22,628 nt of DNA, taken from positions 1 through 22,628 of the forward strand of contig JAVBSZ010000065.1 of NCBI GenBank assembly GCA_031556415.1, written 5' to 3'. Position 1 is the stretch's first letter, and each line of letters opens with the position of its first letter. The stretch is from Opitutales bacterium (GTDB lineage Bacteria; Verrucomicrobiota; Verrucomicrobiia; Opitutales; Intestinicryptomonadaceae). Shown piece after piece: positions 15,271 to 22,628 of the stretch. The notes under the pieces are model-generated. The model did no database searches. It saw nothing but the letters and a program-made list of their open reading frames with translations, and was not told where the DNA came from. A program made the position numbers and the translations under genes.

Positions 15271-18200
15271 TTTCAGCCTGCGGCGCGTCTTTTACCGACC
15301 TCTTTTTTTCCATCCATATCACCACGCGCCTTATGACGTAGTAGAATATAGGGGTGAATACCAGGCCGAATATCGTCACGCCCAACATCCCGAAGAACAC
15401 GGAGGTGCCGAGGGCCTGGCGCAGTTCCGCGCCCGCGCCCGTGGCGATTGTCAGCGGAAGCACGCCGCCTATGAAGGCGAATGACGTCATGAGAATGGGC
15501 CTGAGCCTGTTCTTTGACGCCGTGCTCACGCTCGAGACAAGCTCCTCCCCCTTCTCTTCGCGCTGTTTGGCGAATTCAACTATGAGAATCGCATTTTTAC
15601 ACGCAAGCCCAATCAGCACGACGAAGCCGATTTGCGTCATAATATTGTTGTCCATGCCGCGGAATACTAGGCCCAGTATCGCGAAGAGCAGCACAAGCGG
15701 AACCACGAGTATGACGGAGAGCGGCAAACTCCAGCTCTCATAAAGCGCCGAAAGCAAAAGGAATACGAAGACGACGCACATGGCGAAGACTATCGCCGCG
15801 GTGTTGCCCACGCGCTTTTCCTGGAAGGCGAGGTCCGTCCAGTCTATACCCATGCCAGCCGGAAGCTCCTTTGCGGCGAGCTCCTCAATGGCCTTGATTG
15901 CCTGCCCCGTGCTGAAACCGGGCGTCACGTTGCCGATGATTTCCGCGCAGGGGTAGAGGTTGAACCTGACGACGCGGTCCGGGCCTATCGTGCGCCTGAT
16001 GTCGGCGACCGAACCGAGCGGGACGTTGCCTCCGCGCAGACTGGGCACCTTGAGGTTGTAGATGTCTGAGATGTCCGCGCGCCTGTCTCCCTCGGCCTGC
16101 AGAACCACCCTGTAGACGCGCCCGACGGTGTTGAAGTCGTTAACGTAGAACGGCGAAAGGTTATGCTGGAGCGTTTCGTTTATGCTGTTGATTGAGACGT
16201 TTAGCATCTGCGCGCGGTCGCGGTCTATCTCCACGAAAAGTTCCGGAGAAGACACGCGGTAGGTGGAGAACGAGAACATCACTTCTGGCAGCGCGTTGAT
16301 TTTTGCAATGAGCTTGCGCGTCTCGCTCTGAATCTTGTCAAGGTCGCTACCGGAGCGGTCCTGAACCTGGAGCTTGAAGTCTCCGCCCATGCCTATGCCG
16401 CTGACGGCGGGCGGGGAAACGGCCATTATCTGCGCTTCGGGAAACTCCTTGTAAAGCATCATCTGCGCCTGCGGGATTATGACGTCCATGAGGCGCTGGC
16501 CCTTCTCCATGCGCTTTGCGTGGTCGTCCAATATCACGAACATCGCGCCCATGTTGGATGCCCTCGCCTGCGTTGCGCCGTTCATGCCGACGATTGCGAT
16601 TGTCTTATTTATGCCGCCTATCTTGTGCACGAGCCCCTGCGCCTTTATCATAAGCTCGTCCGTCCTGTTGAAAGAGGCGCCGTCGGGCATCTGCACGGCT
16701 ATGATGAACCAGCCCGAATCCTGCTTTGGAATGAAGCCCTTGGGCGTGCTCTGGAACATGTAGCCCGTAAGGTAGAGAAGGCCCGCGTAAATCAGCATGA
16801 TTATGAGCGCTATGCGCGTGCTCTTTGCAACCAAGCTGCCGTACATTGAACTGATGAAATTGAAGACCGTGTTGAAGCCTCTGAAAAACCATCCGAAGAG
16901 AAAATTCCATATCCTCGTGAAGATGTCGGGCTTTTCGTGTTCGCCCTGCAGAAGGATGGCGCAGAGCGCGGGCGTGAGAGTCAGCGAAACAAGGCCGGAA
17001 ATGATGGTGGAAGCCGCTATGGTCAGCGCGAACTGCTTGTAGAACTGGCCCGATATCCCTTCGATGAAGGCGGTAGGCACAAACACCGCGGAGAGCACGA
17101 GCACGATTGCTATGAGAGCGCCCTGAACCTGCGTCATGGCCTTGCGCGTGGCCTCCTTGGGGTTGAGGCCGTCGCGCATATTTCGTTCGACGTTTTCCAC
17201 AACGACGATGGCGTCGTCAACCACTATCCCGATTGCGAGGACGAGCCCGAATAGCGAAAGGTTGTTGATTGAAAATCCGAAGAGGTACATGACCGCGAAT
17301 GTGCCGATGAGCGAAACGGGAATCGCGAACAGCGGAATGAGGGACGCCCTCCAGTTCTGCAGGAACACCATCACGACGAAGACGACGAGCAGCACCGCCT
17401 CGAATATGGTCTTGTACACCTCGTCGATGGATTCTTTGATGAAGGCCGTAACGTCCCAGCCAATTTCATAAGAAACGCCGGGAGGAAAACCTGTGGCCAT
17501 TTCCTCAAACACAACCTTCAGGCGCTCCGTGGTGTCTATGGCGTTTGTGCCGGGCAGCTGGAAGAGCGCTATGGTCACCGCGTCCTTGCCGCTCAGGTAG
17601 GATTCGTCTGAATACGTGTAGGAGCCGAGCTCGATTTTTGCGACGTCCTTCAAACGCGTTATGCGGCCCTCCCTAGTGGATTTTACGATGATGTTCTCAA
17701 ACTCCTCGGGGTTTTCCAAACGCCCGCGCGTGGTTATCATGAGCTCGTGCGCGGCCTCCACTTCAATGGGCGGCGCGTTTAGCTTGCCTGCGGCGACCTG
17801 CTTGCTCTGCTCGCGTATCGCATTGACGACATCCACGCCCTTGAGTTCGAGGTGCGCAAGCTTGTCGGGGTCCAGCCATATTCTCATGCTGTATTCGCGA
17901 CCGCCGAATAGGATGACGTCGCTGACGCCGTACACGCGCGCAAGCCTGTCCTTGATCTGCGTGAGGGCGTAGTTGCTCAAATAGAGCTTGTCGCGCGACC
18001 TGTCGGGCGAATAGAGCTGCACCATCATCAGGAAGTCCGGCGAGCGCTTGTTGACCACTATGCCTAGGTCTCTCACTTCCTGCGGCATGCGCGGCGTCGC
18101 GCGCGAAACGCGGTTTTGCACGAGTATCTGAGCCATGTCGATATCCGTGCCAAGTTCGAAGGTGACGGTGATATTCATGGAGCCGTCCGCGGAGCAGGAG

Positions 18201-18445
18201 CTTTCCATGTACATCATGTTTTCCACGCCGTTGATTTCCTGTTCGAGAGGGGTGGCCACGGTCTTCGCCACGACGTCCGGAGACGCGCCCGGGAAATTCG
18301 TGCTCACAACGATGTTCGGCGGAACGATGTCCGGATACTGCGTGGCGGCCAGCCTGTTGTAGCCGATTATCCCGACAAGCGTGATAAGTATGGATATGAC
18401 GGCCGCGAAAATCGGCCTGTCTATGAAAAAGTGCGAAAATTTCAT
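15257..18445 (-). CDS. RND multidrug efflux transporter permease, HAE1 (AcrB/MexB-like) family
   Basis: 1062 aa beginning MKFSHFFIDRPIFAAVISILITLVGIIGYNRL, the canonical AcrB N-terminus. It has 12 TM helices, two large periplasmic loops, and conserved GIVVDDAIVVVEN and GAELRQALG blocks. Confidence 0.95.
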   Translation of the reverse strand: MKFSHFFIDRPIFAAVISILITLVGIIGYNRLAATQYPDIVPPNIVVSTNFPGASPDVVAKTVATPLEQEINGVENMMYMESSCSADGSMNITVTFELGTDIDMAQILVQNRVSRATPRMPQEVRDLGIVVNKRSPDFLMMVQLYSPDRSRDKLYLSNYALTQIKDRLARVYGVSDVILFGGREYSMRIWLDPDKLAHLELKGVDVVNAIREQSKQVAAGKLNAPPIEVEAAHELMITTRGRLENPEEFENIIVKSTREGRITRLKDVAKIELGSYTYSDESYLSGKDAVTIALFQLPGTNAIDTTERLKVVFEEMATGFPPGVSYEIGWDVTAFIKESIDEVYKTIFEAVLLVVFVVMVFLQNWRASLIPLFAIPVSLIGTFAVMYLFGFSINNLSLFGLVLAIGIVVDDAIVVVENVERNMRDGLNPKEATRKAMTQVQGALIAIVLVLSAVFVPTAFIEGISGQFYKQFALTIAASTIISGLVSLTLTPALCAILLQGEHEKPDIFTRIWNFLFGWFFRGFNTVFNFISSMYGSLVAKSTRIALIIMLIYAGLLYLTGYMFQSTPKGFIPKQDSGWFIIAVQMPDGASFNRTDELMIKAQGLVHKIGGINKTIAIVGMNGATQARASNMGAMFVILDDHAKRMEKGQRLMDVIIPQAQMMLYKEFPEAQIMAVSPPAVSGIGMGGDFKLQVQDRSGSDLDKIQSETRKLIAKINALPEVMFSFSTYRVSSPELFVEIDRDRAQMLNVSINSINETLQHNLSPFYVNDFNTVGRVYRVVLQAEGDRRADISDIYNLKVPSLRGGNVPLGSVADIRRTIGPDRVVRFNLYPCAEIIGNVTPGFSTGQAIKAIEELAAKELPAGMGIDWTDLAFQEKRVGNTAAIVFAMCVVFVFLLLSALYESWSLPLSVILVVPLVLLFAILGLVFRGMDNNIMTQIGFVVLIGLACKNAILIVEFAKQREEKGEELVSSVSTASKNRLRPILMTSFAFIGGVLPLTIATGAGAELRQALGTSVFFGMLGVTIFGLVFTPIFYYVIRRVVIWMEKKRSVKDAPQAENGTV

Positions 18446-18448
18446 GCG

Positions 18449-19606
18449 CTATTTTTCCAGTTCGATTATTTGCGGGGTCACCTTTGCGCCCGGCATGGCC
18501 CTGAAGGCGCCCTTGATTAGGACGAGGTCGTCCTCCTTGACGCCGCTTTCAATTATGCGCATCTTGCCGCCTATGAGCCTGCCCACTTTGACTGTGGAAT
18601 ATTTTACGTTGCCCTCCTTGTCGACCAGCACCACGTACCTGTCGCGCAGGTCGGTGTTGATGACGGCTTCGGGAACCAGCAGGTAGTTTTTGGGAGAAGC
18701 CGCCTGCAGCATGAGCGTGCCGAACATGCCGGGCAGAAGCTGGCCGTCGGCATTGTCTATTTCCGCGCGCATCGTGAGCGTGGAGCTGTCCTTGTCTATG
18801 CGCGGGTCAACATAAGTGACGATGCCCTTGTACTCTTTCCCTCCGTCGGCGAGGGTCATGGTGACCGCGGGGCCGTTCTTCGCCTCTCCGGTGATTACGC
18901 CCTTTAGGCCGTCCATCATGTACCTGATTACGTCGCGCTCGCTGACTTCAAAGTACGCGTAGACCTTCTCGCGGGAAACGATGCTCGCCAAAACTGGGCT
19001 CTGACCGTTGGGAATGAGGTTGCCCGCGTCAACGAACCTGCGGCTCATGTGGCCGGAAATGGGCGCGGTTATGCGCGTGAATTCAAGGTTGAGCTGCGCC
19101 TCGCGCAGGTTGGCCTTGGCGCTCATGAGAGACGCGTCGCTGGTGAGCACCTCGCTCTGGCGCGTTTCCATCTCCTCTTTTGAAATCGCCTTTGAGTCGT
19201 AAAGCTGCTTGGCGCGCGCGGCGTTGCTTTCCGCCAAAGCCTTGCGGGCCTCTGCCTGTTTTATCAGAGCGCAGGCGGCGGCCTCGACCGCCTCGTAGGG
19301 GCGCGGGTCTATAACAAAGAGAAGGTCTCCCTTCTTGACAAAGTCGCCGTCCTTAAAGTTGACGCTCTGAAGATATCCGCCCACCCTCGCCTGGATGTCC
19401 ACCGAGTATTCGCTGTCTATGCGCGCGGTGTATTTGTCCCAAAGCTGGAGCTCCTTTTTGACGGGGTAAGCCACTTCCACCGGCGGCGGCGCCTTGGCTG
19501 CGTTTGCCATTGACGCGTCTGCCGCGTTGTTTTTGGAGCAGCCCGCAATCAGCGCGGAAGCCGCCATTGCCAGCAGGATGTTGCCTATAGTCTTTTCTGT
19601 ATTCAT
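18449..19606 (-). CDS. RND efflux periplasmic adaptor (membrane fusion protein, AcrA/MexA-like), lipoprotein
   Basis: 385 aa with a lipobox (LIAGCSK), a coiled-coil hairpin, a biotin-lipoyl-like stretch (YVVLVDKEGNVKY...), and a beta-barrel domain. Its stop is 3 nt before the RND start. Confidence 0.9.
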   Translation of the reverse strand: MNTEKTIGNILLAMAASALIAGCSKNNAADASMANAAKAPPPVEVAYPVKKELQLWDKYTARIDSEYSVDIQARVGGYLQSVNFKDGDFVKKGDLLFVIDPRPYEAVEAAACALIKQAEARKALAESNAARAKQLYDSKAISKEEMETRQSEVLTSDASLMSAKANLREAQLNLEFTRITAPISGHMSRRFVDAGNLIPNGQSPVLASIVSREKVYAYFEVSERDVIRYMMDGLKGVITGEAKNGPAVTMTLADGGKEYKGIVTYVDPRIDKDSSTLTMRAEIDNADGQLLPGMFGTLMLQAASPKNYLLVPEAVINTDLRDRYVVLVDKEGNVKYSTVKVGRLIGGKMRIIESGVKEDDLVLIKGAFRAMPGAKVTPQIIELEK

Positions 19607-19629
19607 TTTGTTTTGTCTTTTAAATTGGT

Positions 19630-20316
19630 TTAAGCCTGCGAGTTTTTTACGTCCAAAATTTTGTCGAGCGTGTCCGCCAGAATGTTCCTTATGACCTCGA
19701 ACTTTTCCTCTCCCAGGTGCTTGCCGCAGGAGATTCTGTTTATAGTCTCCCCCTTCACCATCACATTGCCCACGAGCGTCAGGATGATGTCCCCCCTTAT
19801 CCCCGCCTCCATGCAGGTGAGCTTCCCGCCGAAGACGATGTTGACGAGGCTGGAGATTGTCATGTGCAGGGGCCTGAACATTTCATCGAAGAGGATTTCA
19901 AAAGCGGGCGTTGGGTAGATTTCCTCCCTGCGCATGATGAGGAACATCTTTGCGGATTCCGTGTTGTTGAAGAGCAGGCGTATCTGCATCATGAACATTT
20001 CGCGGATGAGGCCTGCGGCGTCCTCGGCGGAGGGCTTTGCGGATTCTATAATCCTTCGCGCCCGCTCAAAATATTCGGAATAATGGCCTTTGAAGCGGGC
20101 AACCGTGAGCTTGATGATTTCCAGGTAGATTTCGTCCTTGCCCCCGAAGTGGTAGCAGAGCGCCGCATGGTTGACGCCCGCCATTTGCGCGATTTTCCTG
20201 CTGCGCGCCCCCGCCGGAGAATGCAGGGCAAATTCATCGAGAGCCGCGCGGAGTATCCTTATCTTGGTCTCCGCCGCAGGGCCTTCGGCACGAATTATAC
20301 TATTATTTTCAATCAT
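19630..20316 (-). CDS. TetR/AcrR family transcriptional regulator, co-directional with and 23 bp upstream of the efflux genes
   Basis: 228 aa. The N-terminal HTH (KIRILRAALDEFALHS...ARSRKIAQMAGVNHAALCYHFGGKDEIYLEII) is typical of TetR family helices 1-3, and the C-terminal ligand domain is all helical. Confidence 0.85.
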   Translation of the reverse strand: MIENNSIIRAEGPAAETKIRILRAALDEFALHSPAGARSRKIAQMAGVNHAALCYHFGGKDEIYLEIIKLTVARFKGHYSEYFERARRIIESAKPSAEDAAGLIREMFMMQIRLLFNNTESAKMFLIMRREEIYPTPAFEILFDEMFRPLHMTISSLVNIVFGGKLTCMEAGIRGDIILTLVGNVMVKGETINRISCGKHLGEEKFEVIRNILADTLDKILDVKNSQA

Positions 20317-20323
20317 TCGTTTA

Positions 20324-20335
20324 AACCAAATGGTT
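20324..20335. promoter_or_regulatory. Candidate TetR operator: inverted repeat AACCA-aa-TGGTT (imperfectly extended to TTAAACCAaaTGGTTAAAT)
   Basis: Perfect 5 bp arms sit 8 bp upstream of the tetR ATG, between a TTGACT -35-like hexamer (reverse complement of 20349-20354) and the start codon. Confidence 0.35.
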
Positions 20336-20520
20336 AAATTTTTTCACAAGTCAAGCTTTTCAGAGAAAAAACTCAAAAAAATCCTCCGGTATTCTAACGC
20401 GAAAACGGAAAAACACGTTTGACAAAAACTTAACCCGCCACAAGTATACTGGTAGGCAAGACGGCAATTTCATTCGGATTTGCTGTAATTTTATCTTAGT
20501 TTAAACGTTATATACCTATC

Positions 20521-21876
20521 ATGGACGCAGCATACCTACTCCCTATTATCCTCCTGATTCCCCTTGTAATTTGGGTGATGTCCCTAAGAAGGGTCGTTCC
20601 CACCAACATGGTGCACATAGTGCAGAAGCGCAAGAGGACCATTTCCTACGGGAAGGACCAGGACGCGGGCAACGTCTATTACGCGTTCCCCTCCTACCTG
20701 CCGCTCATAGGCATCAGCAAGCGCGAGCTTCCGGTGTCTAACTTCGACCTCGATTTGCAGGGCTACGAAGCCTACGACCGCGACAGGCTGCCCTTTATCC
20801 TCGACGTCAAGGCCTTCTTCAGAATCGCCAACACGAACGAGGCCGCCAACAAGGTGTCGAGCTTTGAGGAGCTTATCAACCACCTGCGCGGCATCGTGCA
20901 GGGCGCGGTACGCTCAATCATGGCAAACGCAAAGCTTGAGGAAATCATGTCGGAACGCTCCGTCTACGGCAAGAAGTTCACGGACGAGGTTTTCGACCAG
21001 CTCAAGGAATGGGGCGTGCTCCCCGTCAAAAACATAGAGCTCATGGATTTGAGGGACTCCAAGGAAAGCCGCGTCATCGAAAACATAATGGCCAAGAAGA
21101 AGTCGGAAATCGAAAAGGAGAGCCGCGTTGAAGTTGCAAAGAACATGAAGGAGGCGCAGAACGCCGAAATTTCCGCGCACAAGGAAGTGCAGCTCAAGGA
21201 GCAGGAGGCGCACGAGGCCGTCGGCAAGAGAAAGGCCGAAGTGGAGCTTTCAGTCGGCCTTACCGAGCAGAAGACGAAGCAGGAAATCAACGAGGCCGCG
21301 CGCGTGACGATGGAAAAGGAGATGTCCGTCATCCAGGTCAACGAGGTTAAAAAGGCGGAGATTGACAAGCAGGCCACCATCATCAACGCGGAGCAGGAAA
21401 AGCGCGTTGTGGAACTCAAGGCCGAGGCGAATTTGGAGGCCAAAAGGCGCGACGCCGAAACAATCAAGGTGATTGCGGACGCGAATTTGGAAGCCAAGAA
21501 AAAGGAGTCCGAAGGCATACACGTTGAGGGGCAGGCGCGCGCGGAAGCCAAGAAACTCGACCAGCTCGCAAGCGTCACGGCGCAGACAACCCTCGCAAAG
21601 GAAATCGGCAGCAACAAGGAGTACCAGACCTACCTTATCACGATAGAGCAGGTCAAGGCGCTCAAAGACGTCGGCGTGGAACAGGCTAAGAACCTGGGAC
21701 ACGCGCAGATAAAGGTGATAGCCAACGCCGGAGACGTCGATACGGGCGTGAAATCCGCAATGGACCTTTTCACGCCGAAGGGCGGCACGAGCCTCGGCGG
21801 CATGCTCGAAGCCCTTGCCAACACGGACACGGGGAAGTCGGTAATCAATAAAATAATAAAGCCCAAAGAACAGTAA
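20521..21876 (+). CDS. Flotillin-like SPFH/Band-7 domain protein (YqiK/FloT-type)
   Basis: 451 aa with an N-terminal TM (LLPIILLIPLVIWVM) and an SPFH domain (PTNMVHIVQKR...LPFILDVKAFFRIAN). This is followed by ~200 aa of EA-rich coiled coil (KAEIDKQATIINAEQEKRVVELKAEANLEAKRRDAE...), which is the flotillin hallmark. Confidence 0.85.
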   Translation: MDAAYLLPIILLIPLVIWVMSLRRVVPTNMVHIVQKRKRTISYGKDQDAGNVYYAFPSYLPLIGISKRELPVSNFDLDLQGYEAYDRDRLPFILDVKAFFRIANTNEAANKVSSFEELINHLRGIVQGAVRSIMANAKLEEIMSERSVYGKKFTDEVFDQLKEWGVLPVKNIELMDLRDSKESRVIENIMAKKKSEIEKESRVEVAKNMKEAQNAEISAHKEVQLKEQEAHEAVGKRKAEVELSVGLTEQKTKQEINEAARVTMEKEMSVIQVNEVKKAEIDKQATIINAEQEKRVVELKAEANLEAKRRDAETIKVIADANLEAKKKESEGIHVEGQARAEAKKLDQLASVTAQTTLAKEIGSNKEYQTYLITIEQVKALKDVGVEQAKNLGHAQIKVIANAGDVDTGVKSAMDLFTPKGGTSLGGMLEALANTDTGKSVINKIIKPKEQ

Positions 21877-21892
21877 AAAATATTTTCAGATA

Positions 21893-21932
21893 AAAAGCAA
21901 AAGGCGGAGCATCACACTCCGCTTTTTGTTTT
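21893..21932. terminator. Bidirectional intrinsic terminator between convergent flotillin and doxX genes
   Basis: GCGGAG-catcaca-CTCCGC hairpin with AAAAAGCAAAA on the 5' side and TTTTTGTTTT on the 3' side. Confidence 0.7.
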
Positions 21933-21956
21933 ACGCAATTTATCCGGAATGCCTTT

Positions 21957-22361
21957 TTACTTCTTCATCCTCAGCATGCCGTCAACAGAGAAACGTCCGG
22001 CGCCGCATAGGAGGACTGAGGCGAACATCACAAGGTAGCAGAGCGCGAGCTCGTAGCCGCCCGTGAATGTCGAAAGGCCGTGCACGAAGAATATCGCCAC
22101 GAACATCGTGAAGAGTATGGGCAGCGTGGCGATGCGCGTGAAGGCTCCCGCTATCACAAAGAGCGCGCAGAAAAATTCCGCGCCCACCGCCAGCACATTT
22201 GAAAACGTGTGCCCTATGCCCAGCGGATCAGGGAAAACGTCCCCCTGCCCGTTTATGAGGCCGGCCAGTTTTCCGTATCCGTGCACGAGCAGCATCCCCC
22301 CCGCGCATGCGCGCAAAACCAGCAGCCCGATATTTCTTAACATTTCCTTGTCAAAATTCAT
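21957..22361 (-). CDS. DoxX family membrane protein
   Basis: 134 aa with four TM helices. The N-terminus (GLLVLRACAGGMLLVHGYGKL) is typical of the DoxX family. Confidence 0.85.
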   Translation of the reverse strand: MNFDKEMLRNIGLLVLRACAGGMLLVHGYGKLAGLINGQGDVFPDPLGIGHTFSNVLAVGAEFFCALFVIAGAFTRIATLPILFTMFVAIFFVHGLSTFTGGYELALCYLVMFASVLLCGAGRFSVDGMLRMKK

Positions 22362-22413
22362 AATATTACCTTTTTTGAGATTTTAAGTACTAATCCGGAA
22401 TTTCAGTCTGCGT

Positions 22414-22429
22414 CCTTTTATATAAAAGG
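22414..22429. promoter_or_regulatory. Perfect 16 bp AT-rich palindrome CCTTTTATATAAAAGG, 53-68 bp upstream of doxX
   Basis: The sequence equals its own reverse complement and contains a TATATA/TATAAA -10-like core. It is a candidate promoter and/or dimeric regulator site. Confidence 0.3.
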
Positions 22430-22592
22430 CTAAAAGCGTATCTGCATGCTTGTCTCTCATTAAAAATTGTCACACAAAAACGGGCTTATCATACTCCGAA
22501 AAATGTCAGGAATTCTTAAAACGCGCGTTCGTAAACTCGCATAGATTTCTTGACATCCGCCCATCCTGAAATGAAAATCGGGTAATGAAAAA

Positions 22593-22608
22593 GACAATGG
22601 GCATTGTC
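22593..22608. promoter_or_regulatory. Inverted repeat GACAATG-gg-CATTGTC at the window edge
   Basis: 7 bp perfect arms. It overlaps the first codons of a possible plus-strand ORF starting at ATG 22585 (MKKTMGIVKTVVGF...) that runs off the window. It lies ~40 bp downstream of a TTGACA hexamer at 22549-22554. Confidence 0.25.
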
Positions 22609-22628
22609 AAAACTGTGGTCGGCTTTGT

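Noticed and set aside
16479-17972. Several plus-strand ORFs of 94-111 aa within the RND pump gene.
   Set aside because: They are antisense to a gene with canonical AcrB sequence throughout and have low-complexity Ser/Thr/Met-rich composition.
20419-20450. TTGACA ... TATACT as a sigma70 promoter for the flotillin gene.
   Set aside because: The spacer is 20 bp, outside the 16-19 bp range, and this organism apparently does not follow E. coli promoter rules. It is not reported as a feature.

Overview
This 22.6 kb window looks like chromosomal core DNA from a diderm (Gram-negative-type) bacterium. GC is high, the ATA (Ile) codon is used often, and there are essentially no Shine-Dalgarno sequences, so the source is probably not a proteobacterium; I cannot assign a lineage from sequence alone. 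Going left to right, I can support the following genes:
- a 5'-truncated methyl-accepting chemotaxis protein
- rplU-rpmA followed by an intrinsic terminator
- a convergent SulP/STAS anion transporter
- a cyanobacterial/plant-type glucose-6-phosphate isomerase, translationally coupled to a membrane-anchored coiled-coil protein and a small lipoprotein
- a tightly packed five-gene operon: a large secreted TPR protein, ExbB, ExbD, a membrane-anchored protein whose C-terminus looks like a divergent TonB-C fold, and a YycJ-like MBL-fold hydrolase
- a minus-strand TetR - periplasmic adaptor - RND pump - NodT/TolC outer-membrane lipoprotein efflux operon
- a flotillin-like SPFH protein
- a DoxX membrane protein

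I found no defence, toxin-antitoxin, CRISPR or mobile-element genes. The most unusual content is non-coding:
- A family of intergenic palindromic (REP/MITE-like) elements with about six copies, one carrying an ~85 nt nested insertion.
- A recurring bipartite direct-repeat motif (CATCCAAAAT-N7-GCCAAAACGGGA) that is arrayed four times upstream of rplU and once upstream of the TPR-exbBD operon.
- A perfectly duplicated GC hairpin downstream of rpmA.
- Several candidate operator palindromes.

The best candidate for an undescribed system is the TPR-ExbB-ExbD-cryptic TonB-like-MBL operon.
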